A stretch of 42,946 nt of DNA from Chrysemys picta bellii. Lineage: Eukaryota. The notes under the pieces were generated by a model. That model worked only from the letters and a program-made list of their open reading frames with translations, ran no database searches and was not told the origin of the DNA. This document shows positions 27,970-40,067 of the stretch, piece after piece. The translations under genes were made by a program, and so were the position numbers. Within the stretch, counting starts at the first letter, position 1. Each line of letters opens with the position of its first letter. The DNA lies in contig NC_088806.1 of NCBI RefSeq assembly GCF_011386835.1, forward strand, positions 2,315,055-2,358,000. Direction: 5' to 3'.

Positions 27970-28745
27970 GCAGGGGGCGCTCTCCCCTGGCAGGCGGGGC
28001 TGGCCCCAGGGTGGCGCTAGGGGGCGCTGTGGGGCAGGGAACGGGGCGGGGGGCTCAGCAGGGGACGCTCTCCCCTGGCAGGCGGGGCTGGTCCCAGGGC
28101 GGCGCTAGGGGGCGCTGTGGGGCAGGGAGTGGGGCGGGGGCAGCAGGGGGCGCTCTCCCCTGGCAGGCGGGGCTGGCCCCAGGGCGGCGCTAGGGGGCGC
28201 TGTGGGGCAGGGAGCGGGGTGGGGGGGGCTCAGCAGGGGGCGCTCTCCCCTGGCAGGCGGGGCTGGTCCCAGGGTGCCACTAGGGGGCGCTGTGGGGCAG
28301 GGAACGGGGCGGCGGGGCTCAGCAGGGGGCGCTCTCCCCTGGCAGGCGGGGCTGGCCCCAGGGCGGTGCTAGGGGGTGCTGTGGGGCAGGGAGCGGGGTG
28401 GGGGGCTCAGCAGGAGGCGCTCTCCCCTGGCAGGCGGGGCTGGCCCCAGGGCGGCGCTAGGGGGCGCTGTGGGGCAGGGAGCGGGGCGGGGGCAGCAGGG
28501 GGCGCTCTCCCCTGGCAGGCGGGGCTGGCCCCAGGGTGGCGCTAGGGGGCGCTGTGGGGCAGGGAGCGGGGTGGGGGGCTCAGCAGGGGGCGCTCTCCCC
28601 TGGCAGGCGGGGCTGGTCCCAGGGCGGCGCTAGGGGGCGCTGTGGGGCAGGGAGCGGGGCCGGGGGCTCAGCAGGGGGCGCTCTCCCCTGGCAGGCGGGG
28701 CTGGCCCCAGGGCGGCGCTAGGGGGCGCTGTGGGGCAGGGAGCAC
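27970..28745. repeat. ~85-90 bp GC/CpG-rich VNTR, about 9 units (right arm)
   Basis: cgctctcccctggcaggcggggctgg recurs 9 times. Confidence 0.92.
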
Positions 28746-29034
28746 AGGGGGTGGGGTTCATTGTGGGGGCAGGTTTCAACCAATAACGATAAAGAAGCAT
28801 CATTTGTAAATTCTGGGTCGCTTGAATTTTTATTTTTATTTTTTACTTTTTTTTAAAAATAATCTCCTCGTCTCTTTGCGTCGCTTGCTTTATTATATCT
28901 TTGTTCCTTCTATTTTAATAAAGTTTCTGTGACTTTAAAATAAACGTAACATCTTGTTTGGCGGGGGCGGGGGCGGAATAAAAACGCAACAGAATAATAA
29001 TCAGTTCTGACTCCCAGCACGCACACACACCCTC

Positions 29035-29205
29035 CCCGCCCAGAGCCGGGGAGAGAACCCAGGAGTCCTGGCTCCCAGCCCCCCCTGCTCTAACCACCAG
29101 CCCCCACTCCCCTCCCAGAGCCGGGGGGAGAACCCAGAACTCCTGGCTCTCAACCCCCCCAGTAACCACTGGACCCAACTCCCCTCCCCTCCCAGAGCCA
29201 GAATC
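29035..29205 (-). repeat. ~73-75 bp minisatellite cluster, about 2 units (counterpart of 19430-19750)
   Basis: gagaacccaggagtcctggctcccagccc on the + strand. Confidence 0.82.
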
Positions 29206-29493
29206 CCAGCTAGTTACCCCATGTTGTAAGAGCCCATTTTACTGCACCTAGGGGAGGAGTTAACCCAATATGTGGGTTGGGGGTGATACTATGTGCTCAG
29301 CACCCCTCGGGGTGGGGGAGGGCCGGGTTTTTTTCCCATCACTCCCAGCTAAATTGGAGGCCCCATCAGCCGGTACCAGAGAGTCAGGGGCTGCTGCTTT
29401 TCAAGGGAGGGGCAGAGAGTCGGTCTCAATTGGGGGATAAGAGTCTACTAAGTGTGGGAGGCTGTTTTCTGGGGCTGGTGGAGAGGCATGGTG

Positions 29494-31218
29494 GCATTGG
29501 GGGGTAGGGTTGGTTCTTGGGGTTACGGTGAGGGAGGAGCATTGGGGGTAGGGTTGGGTGTTGGGGTTACAATGTGGGCAGAGCATTGTGGGGTAGGGTT
29601 GGATATTGGGGTTACGGTAACTGCAGAGGATTGGCGGGGAGGGTTGGGTGTTTGGGTTACAATGTTGGCACAGGATTGTGGGGTAGGGTTGGCTGTTGGG
29701 GTTACGGTGAGGTCAGAGCATGGCGGGGAGGGTTGGTTGTTAGAGTTACGGTGAGGGCAGAGCATTGGGGGGCAGGGTTGGATGTTGGGGTTACGGTGAG
29801 GGCAGAGCGCTGGGGGTAGGGTTGGCTGATGGGGTTACGGTGACGGCAGAGCATTGGGGATAGGGTGGGGTGTTAGGGTTACAGTGAGGGCGGAGCATTG
29901 GGGGTAGGGTGGGGTGTTAGGGTTACAGTGAGGGCGGAGCATTGGGGGGTAGGGTTGGGATTTGGGGTTACGGTGAAGGCAGAGCGCTGGGGGTAGGGTT
30001 GGCTGATGGGGTTACGGTTGGCTGATGGGGTTACGGTGACGGCAGAGCATTGGGGATAGGGTGGGGTGTTAGGGTTACACTGAGGGCGGAGCATTGGGCA
30101 TAGGATTGGGTGTTGGGGTTACGGTGAGGGCAGGGAATTGGGGGGTAGGGTTGGTTTTTAGGGTTACGGTGGGGGCATACCATTGGAGGCTAGGGTTAGG
30201 GGATAGGGTTACGGTGAGTGCAGAATATTGGTGGCTAGGGTTGGTTGTTAGGGTTATGGTGAGGGAAGAGCATTGGGGGATACGGTTGGTTTTTAGGGTT
30301 ACGGTGAGGGCACAGCATTGGAGGGTAGGGTTGGCCGTTGCGGTTACGGCGAGGGCAGAGTATTGGGGGGTAGGGCTGGTTGTTGGGGTTACAATGTGGG
30401 CAGAGCAGTGGGGGGTAGGGTTGGCTGTTGGCATTACAGTGAGGGCAGAGCATTGTGGGGTGGAGTTGGCTGTTGGGGTTCCAGTGGGGGTAGAGCATTG
30501 GAGGGTGGGGTTGGGGATGGGGTTATGGTGAGGGCAGAGCATTGGGAGTAGGGTTGGTTGTTGGGGTTACGGTGAGGGCAGAGTATTGGGGGGTAGGGTT
30601 GGGTGTTAGGGTTACGGTGGTGGCAGAGCATTGGGGGATATGGTTGGTTGTAAGGCTTCAGGTGGGGGCAGAGCATTGGGGAGTAGGGTTCATCATTGGG
30701 GTTACAGCAAGGGCAGAGTATTGGGTGGTAGGGTTGGTTGTTGGGGTTACATAGAGGGCAGAGCATTGGGGAGTAGGGTTTGCTATTAGGGTTACGGTGG
30801 TGACAGAGCATGGGGGGAAGGGTTCGTTGTTGGGGTTACGGTGAGGGCAGAGCATTCTGGCGTAGGGTTGGTTGTTGGGGTTATGCCGAGGGTAGAGCAT
30901 TGGGGCGTACGGTTGGCTGCTGAGGTTATGGTGAGGGCGGAGCACTGGGAGGTAGGGTTGGGTGTTGGGGTTACGGTGAGAGCAGAGAATTGGGGGTAGG
31001 GTGGGATGTTAGGGTTACAGTGAGGGCGGAGCATTGGGCATAGGGTTGGTTGTTGGGGTTACGGTGAGGACAGACCATTGGTGGGTAGGGTTGGTTTTTA
31101 GGTGATGGTGATGGTAGAGCATTGGGGGATACGGTTGGTTGTTAGGGTTCCAGTGGCGGCAGAGCATTGGAGGGTAGGGTTGGGGGTGGGGTTATGGTGA
31201 GGGCAGAGTATTGGGGTG
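29494..31218. repeat. 44-45 bp telomere-like satellite, right arm (G-rich on +)
   Basis: cagagcattgggggtagggttgg..gttggggttacggtgaggg units; reverse complement of 17005-19135. Confidence 0.95.
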
Positions 31219-32053
31219 TGTGACGAAGTGGGGGGTTTTCTTGTTTTCTGTAGAGTTTCAATGGTTTGCATGCGGAGGGGGTGGGACTCGGTTTCCCTGG
31301 GTGCTACTGGTTTAACGAGGTGAGGGGACAGGGAGTGTGTTTTACAGAGGACCGTAGAGAGGACGTGGGGACCCAGCCGATGGCCGGGAGGATGGATACC
31401 CCAGCGACCGGTGACCTGGTGACCCGGAGGCCCAGCTCAGGAGACGCAACCGGTTCTGGCCAGTGGGCGGACAATGGGCTGCAGAGTGAGGACCCAGTGA
31501 CCTAACCAGCCGGTTCCAGCCAGAGGACAGAAGTGAGGAGAGGAGGCCCCGGTTTACGACCCTGTTTCCCTGGAGAGAAGACAATGGACAGAGGCGGGGC
31601 CTGGGGCCGGGGATCTCAGATGCCCAGCTGGGAGCAAAGGGGGGCTCTGGGATGGAGAGGGGGAGCAGGCAGAGCCCACCTGGATGCAGAGAGACTGGGA
31701 TGTGCTGGGCTGAGGGAGGCTAGGCCTGAGGCCCTGAGAGTTTCCGGTGCTGTGTTCAACTCTCAATAAACCCTCCTGTTTTATGCTGGCTGAGAGTCAC
31801 TCCGATCTAGAGAACAGGGTGGCATCAACCCCTTTGGGGGTGGAGGCCCGGGGGGTCCAGAGCGAGTGGACTCCCTGAGGGGGCCCACGGCGAGAAACAG
31901 GTGTGCTAGGGCTCCGAGAGGTGCGGATCCAGGAGGTGGAGGGGCCTGACCCCGAGACAGTGTGGACCCCCGAGAAGGGCTGTCTCACTAAAAGGGGCAC
32001 CCCTCACGGACCGCACGGGGCCAAGAGTGGGCACGATCTGTGGGTCCGTGACA
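31219..32053 (+). mobile_element. Solo LTR (835 bp), inverted counterpart of 16170-17004
   Basis: TGTGACG...CGTGACA; AATAAA at 31765-31770; same insertion point in the satellite; flanks GGGTG / AGGAG. Confidence 0.85.
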
Positions 32054-35000
32054 AGGAGTACGGTTGGTTGTTGGGGTTACAGTGAGGGCAGAGCATTGGG
32101 GAGTAGGGTTGGTTGTTGGGGTTACGGTGAGGGCAGAGCATTGAGGGGTAGGTTTGTTTGTTGGGGTTACAATGTGGGCAGAGCATTGAGTGGTAGGGTT
32201 GGGTGTTGGGGTTACAGTGAGGGCAGAGTATTGGGGGTACAGTTGGTTGTTGGGGTTACGGTGAGGGCAGAACATTGAGGGGTAGGTTTGTTTGTTGGGG
32301 TTACAATGTTGGCAGAGCATTGTGGGGTAGGGTTGGATGTTGGGGTTACGGTGAGGGCAGAGGATTGGCGGGTAGGGTTGGGTGTTTGGGTTACAATGTT
32401 GGCACAGGATTGTGGGGTAGGTTGGCTTTTGGGGTTACGGTGAGGTCAGAGCATGGAGGGGAGGGTTGGTTCTTAGGGTTGCGGTGAGGGCAGAGCATTG
32501 GGGGGGTAGGGTTGGGTGTTGGGGTTACAATCTGGGCAGAGCATTGTGGGGTAGGGTTGGGTGTTGCGGTTACGGTGAGGGCAGAACATTGGTGGGGTAG
32601 GGTTGGCTGTTAGGGGTAGAGTGGTGGCAGAGCATTGAGGGGTATGGTTGGGTGTTAGGGTTATGGTGAGGGTGGAGTACTGGTGAGTAGGGTTGGGTGT
32701 TGGGGTTATGGTGAGGGCAGAACATTGGGGTTAGGGTTGGGTGTTTGGGTCACAGTGAGGGCTGAGCATTCGGGGGGTAGGGTTGGGAGTTGAGGTTACG
32801 GTGACAGAAGAGCATTGGAGGGTAGGGTTGGTTCTCAGGGTTGGCTGTTGGGGTTACGGTGAGGGCAGAGCATTGGAGGGTAGGGTTGGTTCTCAGGGTT
32901 GGCTGTTGGGGTTACGGTGAGGGCAGAGCATTGGGGGTAGGGTTGGGTGTTGGGGTTACGGTGTGGGCAGAGCATTGGTCGGTAGGGTTGGTTGTCGAGG
33001 TTATGGTATGGGCAGAGCATTGGGGGTAGGATTGGCTGTTGGGTTTACGGTGAGGGCAGAGCATTGTGGGGTAGGGTTGGCTGTTGGCGTTACGGTGAGG
33101 GCAGAGCATTGGGGGTAGGGTTGGCTGTTGGGGTTACAGTGAGGGCAGAGCACTGCAGGGTCGGGTTGGCTCTTGGGGTTACGGTGAGGGCAGAGCATTT
33201 GGGGGGTAGGGTTGGATTTTGGGGTTACGGTGAGGGCAGAGCATTGGGGCTATTGTTGACTGTTGGGGTTACGGTGGGGGCAGAGCATTGGGGGGTCGTG
33301 TTGGATGTTGCGGTTACGATGAGGGCAGAGCATTGTGGGGTAAACTTGGATGTTGGGGTTACTGTGAGAGCAGAGCATTCAGTGGTAGTGTTCAGTGTTA
33401 GGGTTAACGTGAGGGCAGAGCATTGCGGGGGTAGGGTTGGCTGTTAGGGTTACAGTGGTGGCAGAGCTTTGGGGGTAGGGTTGTCTGTTTGGGTTATGGT
33501 GGGGCAGAGAATTGGGGGGTCGTATTGGATGTTGGGGTTACGGTGAGTGCAGAGCATTGGGGGTAGGGTTGGATGTTGCGGTTACGGGGAGGGCAGAACA
33601 TTGCGGGGCGGGGTTGGCTGTTAGGGTGACAGTGGTGGCAGAGCATTGCGGTTAAGGTTGATTGTTAGGATTATGGTGAGGGCGGAGTACTGGGGAGTAG
33701 GGTTGGGTGTTGGAGTTACGGTGAGGGCAGAGCATTGGGTTGTACGGTTGGCTGTTGGGTTTATGGTGAGGGCAGAGCATTGAGGGGTATGCTTGGGTGT
33801 TAGGGTTATGGTGAGGGCAGAGCATAGGGGGTAAGGTTAGATGTTGGGGTTACGATGAGGTCAGAGCATTGGAGGGTAGGGTTGGTTCTTAGGGTTACGG
33901 TGAGGGCGGAGCATTAGCTGGTAGGGTTGGGTGTTTGGGTTACAATGTGGGCAGAGGATTGGTGGTAGGGTTGTTTGTTGGGGTTACGGTGTGGACAGAG
34001 CATTGGGGGGTAAGGTAGGGTATTGGGGTTACAATGTGGGCAGAGCATTGTGGGGTCGTGTTGGATGTTGGGGTTACGGTGAGGGCTGAACATTGGGGGG
34101 TCGGTTTAGCTGTTGGCATTACGGTGAGTGCAGAGCACTGGGGGTAGGGTTGGATGTTGCGGTTACGGTGACGGCAGAGCATTCTGGCGTAGGGTTGATT
34201 GTTGGGGTTATGGTGAGGGCAGAGCATTGGAGGGTATGGTTAGGTGTTAGGGTTACGGTGAGGGCAGAGCATTGGTGGGTAGGGTTGCGTCTTGGGGTTA
34301 CAATGTGGGCAGAGTATTGTGGGGTAGTGTTGGCTGTTGGGGTTACTGTGAGGACAGAGCATTGGGGGGTAGGGTTGGGTGTTGGGGCTATGGTGAGGGG
34401 AGAGCATTGCGGGTAGGGTTGTTTGTTGGGGTTACGGTGAGGGCAGAGCATTGGGTTGTACGGTTGGCTGTTGGGTTTATGGTGAGGGCAGAGCATTGAG
34501 GGGTATGCTTGGGTGTTAGGGTTATGGTGAGGGCAGAGCATAGGGGGTAAGGTTAGATGTTGGGGTTACGATGAGGTCAGAGCATTGGAGGATAGGGTTG
34601 GTTCTTAGGGTTACGGTGAGGGCGGAGCATTAGCTGGTAGGGTTGGGTGTTTGGGTTACAATGTGGGCAGAGGATTGGTGGTAGGGTTGTTTGTTGGGGT
34701 TACGGTGTGGACAGAGCATTGGGGGGTAAGGTAGGGTATTGGGGTTACAATGTGGGCAGAGCATTGTGGGGTCGTGTTGGATGTTGGGGTTACGGTGAGG
34801 GCTGAACATTGGGGGGTCGGTTTAGCTGTTGGCATTACGGTGAGTGCAGAGCACTGGGGGTAGGGTTGGATGTTGCGGTTACGGTGACGGCAGAGCATTC
34901 TGGCGTAGGGTTGATTGTTGGGGTTATGGTGAGGGCAGAGCATTGGAGGGTATGGTTAGGTGTTAGGGTTACGGTGAGGGCAGAGCATTGGTGGGTAGGG

Positions 35001-38000
35001 TTGCGTCTTGGGGTTACAATGTGGGCAGAGTATTGTGGGGTAGTGTTGGCTGTTGGGGTTACTGTGAGGACAGAGCATTGGGGGGTAGGGTTGGGTGTTG
35101 GGGCTATGGTGAGGGGAGAGCATTGCGGGTAGGGTTGTTTGTTGGGGTTACGGTGAGGGCAGAGCATTGGGGGGTAGGTTTGGATGTTGGGGTTACGGTG
35201 AGGGCAGAGCATTGGTCGGTAGAGTTGGCTGTTGGGGTCACGGTGAGGGCAGAGCATTGCGGGTAGGGTTGGGTGTTGGGGTTACGGTGAGTGCAGAGCA
35301 TTGGGGGGTAGGTTTGGATGTTGGGGTTACAGTGAGGGCAGAGCATTCGGGGGTAGGGTTGGATTTTGGGGTTACGGTGGGAGCAGAGTATTGGGGGTCG
35401 TGTTGGATGTTGGGGTTACGGAGAGTCCCTGAGCACTGGGGGGGTCACTTTGGCTCTTGGTGTTACGGTTGAGTGCAGAGCACTGGGGGTAGGGTTGGAT
35501 GTTGCGGTTACGGTGAGGGCAGAGCATTGTGGGGTAAAGTTAGATGTTGGGGTTACTGTGTGGGCAGAGCATTTGGTGGTAGTGTTGGGTGTTAGGGTTA
35601 AGGTGAGGGCAGAGCATTGAGGGTAGGGTTGGTTGTTGGGGTTACGGTGATGGCAGAGCATTCTGGCATAGCGTTAATTGTTGGGGTTACGGCGAGGTAG
35701 AGCATTGAGTCGTAGGGTTGGCTGTTGGGGTTATGGTGAGGGCAGAGCATTGGTGGGTAGGGTTGGCTGTTGGGGTGACGGTGAGGGCAGAGCATTGGAG
35801 TGTTGCTTTGGCTGTTGGCGTTACGGTGAGTGCAGAGCACTGGGGGTAGGGTTGGATGTTGCGGTTACGGTGAGGGCAGAGCATTGTGGGGTAAAGTTAG
35901 ATGTTGGGGTTACTGTGTGGGCAGAGCATTCGGTGATAGTGTTGGGTGTTAGGGTTAAGGTGAGGGCAGAGCATTGAGGGTAGGGTTGGTTGTTGGGGTT
36001 ACGGTGATGGCAGAGCATTCTGGCATAGCGTTAATTGTTGGGGTTACGGCGAGGGTAGAGCATTGAGTCGTAGGGTTGGCTGTTGGGGTTATGGTGAGGG
36101 CAGAGCATTGGTGGGTAGGTTGGCTGTTGGGGTGACGGTGAGGGCAGAGCATTGGAGTGTTGCTTTGGCTGTTGGCATTACGGTGAGTGCAGAGCACTGG
36201 GGGTAGGTTTGGATGTTGCGGTTACGGTGAGGGGCAGAGCATTGGGGGTAGGGTTGGATGTTGCGGTTACGGGGAGGGCAGAACATTGCGGGGTAGGGTG
36301 AGGTGTTGGGGTTACAATGTGGGCAGAGGATTGGGGGTAGGGTTGTTTATTGTGATTGCGGTGTGGACAGAGCATTGGGGGGTAGGGTAGGTTGTTGGGT
36401 TTACAATGTGGGCAGAGCATTGTGGGATAGGGTTGGCTGTTGGGGTTACGGTGAGGGCAGAGCATTGGGGGTAGGGTTGGCTGTTGAGGTTACGGTGGTG
36501 GCAGAGCATTCTGGCATAGCGTTGACTGTTGGGGTTACAGCGAGGGTAGAGCATTGAGTCGTAGGGCTGGCTGTTGTGGTTATGGTGAGGGTAGAGCATT
36601 GGTGGGTAGGGTTGGCTGTTGGGGTCACGGTGAGGGCAGAGCATTGGGGGGTAGGGTTGGGTGTTGGAGTTACAGTGAGTTCAGAGCATTCGGGGGGTAA
36701 GGTTCGGTGTTGGGGTTACAGTGAGGGCAGAGCATTGGTGGGAAGGTTTGGGTGTTGGGGTTACAATGTGGGCAGAGTATTGTGGGATAGGATTGGCTGT
36801 TGGGGTCACGGGGAGCGCAGAGCATTGGTGGGTAGGGTTGGCTGTTGGGGTCACGGTGAGGGCAGAGTATTGGTCGGTAGGTTTGGCTGTTGGGGTCATG
36901 GTGAGGGCAGAGCATTGCGGGTAGGGTTGGGTGTTGGGGTTACGGTGAGGGCAAAGGATTGGAGGGTAGGGTTGGCTGTTGGGGTTACGGTGAGTGCAGA
37001 GCACTGGGGGTAGGGTTGGATGTTGCGGTTACGGTGAGGGCAGAGCATTGGGAGGTAGGGTTGGCTGTTAGGGTTACAGTGGTGGCAGAGCATTGGGGGT
37101 TGGGTGGCTGTTTGGGTTATGGTGGGGGCAGAGCATTGGGGGGTCATATTGGATGTTGGGGTTACGGTGAGTGCAGAGCATTGGGGGTAGGGTTGGATGT
37201 TGCGGTTACGGGGAGGGCAGAACATTGCGGGGTAGGGTTGGCTGTTAGGGTGACAGTGGTGGCAGAGCATTGCGGGTAAGGTTGGTTGTTAGGGTTATGG
37301 TGAGGGCGGAGTACTGGGGAGTAGGGTTGGGTGTTGGAGTTACGGTGAGGGCAGAGCATTGGGTTGTACGGTTGGCTGTTGGGGTTATGGTGAGGGCAGA
37401 GCATAGGGGGTAAGGTTGAATGTTGGGGTTACAATGTGGGCACAGCATTGGAGGGTAGGGTAGGTTCTTAGGGTTACGTTGAGTGCAGAGCATTGTGGGG
37501 TAGTGTTGGGGGTTGGGTTTACAGTGAGGGCAGAGCATTGGGGGTAGGCTTGGGTGTTGGGGTTACGGTGAGCGCAGAGCATTCTGGCATAGGGTTGGTT
37601 GTTGGGGTTACGGTGAGGGCAGAGCATTGGAAGGTCGGGTTGGTTGTTGGGGTTACGGTGGGGGCAGAGCATTGGAGGGTCGGGTTGGTTGTTGGGGTTA
37701 CGGCAAGGGCAGACCATTGGGGAGTAGGGTTGGTTGTTGGGGTTACGACGGGGGCAGAGCATTGGGGGGCAGGGTTGGGTGTTGGGATTACGGTGAGGGC
37801 AGCGTATTGGGGGTACGGTTCGATGTTGGGGTTTTGGTGAAGGCAGAGCATTTGGGGTAGGGTTGGTTGTTGCGGTTACGTTGAGGGCAGAGAATTGGAG
37901 GGTAGGGTTGGTTCTTAGGGTTACGGTGAGGGCAGAGTATTGGGGGTAGGGTTGGCTGTTGGGGTTACGGTGAGGGCAGAGCATAATTGGGTAGGGTTGA

Positions 38001-39536
38001 ATGTTGGGGTTATGGTAGTGGCAGAGCATTGGGGGTAGGTTTGGTTGTTGGAATTACGGTGATGGCAGACCATTCTGGCGTAGGGTGATTGTAGGGGTTA
38101 TGGTGAGTGCAGAGCATTGAGGGTAGGGTTGGGTGTTGGAGTTACGGTGAGGGCAGAGCATTGGGTTGTACGGTTGGCTGTTGGGGTTATGGTGAGGGCA
38201 GAGCATAGGGGGTAAGGTTGGATGTTGGGGTTACGGTGAGGGCAGAGAATTGGAGGGTAGGGTTGGTTCTTAGGGTTACGGTGAGGGCAGAGTATTGGGG
38301 GTAGGGTTGGCTGTTGGGGTTACGGTGAGGGCAGAGCATAATTGGGTAGGGTTGAATGTTGGGGTTATGGTAGTGGCAGAGCATTGGGGGTAGGTTTGGT
38401 TGTTGGAATTACGGTGATGGCAGACCATTCTGGCGTAGGGTTGATTGTAGGGGTTACGGTGAGGGCAGAGCATTGAGGGTAGGGTTGGGTGTTGGAGTTA
38501 CGGTGAGGGCAGAGCATTGGGTTGTACGGTTGGCTGTTGGGGTTATGGTGAGGGCAGAGCATAGGGGGTAAGGTTGGATGTTGGGGTTACGGTGAGGGCA
38601 GAGCATTGGAGGGTAGGGTTGGTTCTTAGGGTACGGTGAGGGCAGAGCATTGAGGGTAGGGTTGGGTGTTGGGGTTACGGCAAGGGCAGACCATTGGGGA
38701 GTAGGGTTGGTTGTTGGGGTTACGACGGGGGCAGAGCATTGGGGGGCAGGGTTGGGTGTTGGGATTACGGTGAGGGCAGAGTATTGGGGGTACGGTTCGA
38801 TGTTGGGGTTTTGGTGAAGGCAGAGCATTTGGGGTAGGGTTGGTTGTTGCGGTTACGTTGAGGGCAGAGAATTGGAGGGTAGGGTTGGTTCTTAGGGTTA
38901 CGGTGAGGGCAGAGCATTCGGGGATAGGGTTGGCGGTAGGGGTTATGGTGAGGGCAGAGCATTGAGGGTAGGGTTGGGTGTTGGGGTTACAATGTGGGCA
39001 CAGCATTGGAGGGTAGGGTAGGTTCTTAGGGTTACGTTGAGTGCAGAGCAGTGTGGGGTAGTGGTTGGGGGTTGGGTTTACAGTGAGGGCAGAGCATTGG
39101 GGGCTAGGGTAAGGTGTTCGGGTTACAGTGACAGCAGAGCATTCGGGGATAGGGTTGGCGGTAGGGGTTACGGTGAGGGCAGAGCATTCTGGCGTAGGGA
39201 TCGTTGTTGGGGTTACGGTGGGGGCAGAGCATTGGTGGTAGGGTTGGCTGTTGGGATTATGGTGATGGCAGACCATTCTGGCGTAGGGTTGATTGTAGGG
39301 GTTATTGTGAGTGCAGAGCATTGGGGGTAGGTTTGGCTGTTGGGGTTACGGTGAGGGCAGAGCATTTGGGGTAGGGTTGGTTGTTGAGGTTACGATGAGG
39401 GCAGAGAATTGGTGGTAGGGTTGGTTCTTAGGTTTACGGTGAGGGCAGAGCATTGAGGGTAGGGTTGGGTGTTGGGGTTACAATGTGGGCACAGCATTGG
39501 AGGGTAGGGTAGGTTCTTAGGGTTACGTTGAGTGCA
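32054..39536. repeat. 44-45 bp telomere-like satellite, right arm outer part, running into the gap
   Basis: Same unit; contains ~716 bp (ORF pair 33940/34656) and ~357 bp (35598/35955) tandem block duplications. Confidence 0.95.
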
Positions 39537-40036
39537 NNNNNNNNNNNNNNNNNNNNNNNNNNNNNNNNNNNNNNNNNNNNNNNNNNNNNNNNNNNNNNNN
39601 NNNNNNNNNNNNNNNNNNNNNNNNNNNNNNNNNNNNNNNNNNNNNNNNNNNNNNNNNNNNNNNNNNNNNNNNNNNNNNNNNNNNNNNNNNNNNNNNNNNN
39701 NNNNNNNNNNNNNNNNNNNNNNNNNNNNNNNNNNNNNNNNNNNNNNNNNNNNNNNNNNNNNNNNNNNNNNNNNNNNNNNNNNNNNNNNNNNNNNNNNNNN
39801 NNNNNNNNNNNNNNNNNNNNNNNNNNNNNNNNNNNNNNNNNNNNNNNNNNNNNNNNNNNNNNNNNNNNNNNNNNNNNNNNNNNNNNNNNNNNNNNNNNNN
39901 NNNNNNNNNNNNNNNNNNNNNNNNNNNNNNNNNNNNNNNNNNNNNNNNNNNNNNNNNNNNNNNNNNNNNNNNNNNNNNNNNNNNNNNNNNNNNNNNNNNN
40001 NNNNNNNNNNNNNNNNNNNNNNNNNNNNNNNNNNNN
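39537..40036. other. Assembly gap (exactly 500 N)
   Basis: Run of N. Confidence 0.99.
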
Positions 40037-40067
40037 AACTGTGACTTGATCGAACTGAAATCCAACG
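40037..40067 (+). CDS. ASGR/CLEC10A-family lectin, 3' end of neck exon (..NCDLIELKSNG), truncated by the gap
   Basis: aac tgt gac ttg atc gaa ctg aaa tcc aac g then GTGAGT at 40068; resembles ASGR1 SCQMAALQGNG; phase 1 matches the next exon. Confidence 0.75.

Larger units (their letters stand above)
7800..39536. repeat. Large inverted duplication: left arm ~7.8-10 kb to 21946, right arm ~26200 to 39536
   Basis: Unique markers mirror in order: LTR 16170-17004/32053-31219, satellite end 19135/29494, AT island ~19850-20000/~28960-28800, MITE 20497-20663/27688-27467, and ~21310-21500/~26810-26620. Confidence 0.93.

Noticed and set aside
6450-39536. Mucin-like Pro/Thr/Cys ORFs (QCSALTVTPTANPTP)n and their antisense (AEHWGVGLAVGVTVR)n in the satellite
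   Set aside because: They are translations of a 45-bp unit; 44-bp units and stops break frames every few hundred bp, ORFs occur in all frames on both strands, and there is no splice or signal-peptide context.
6450-39536. Ancestral telomere-telomere fusion site
   Set aside because: A fusion gives (TTAGGG)n then (CCCTAA)n on one strand. Here the order is the opposite (C-rich first, G-rich second), the arms are separated by kb of unique sequence and a gap, and there are no long pure TTAGGG runs.
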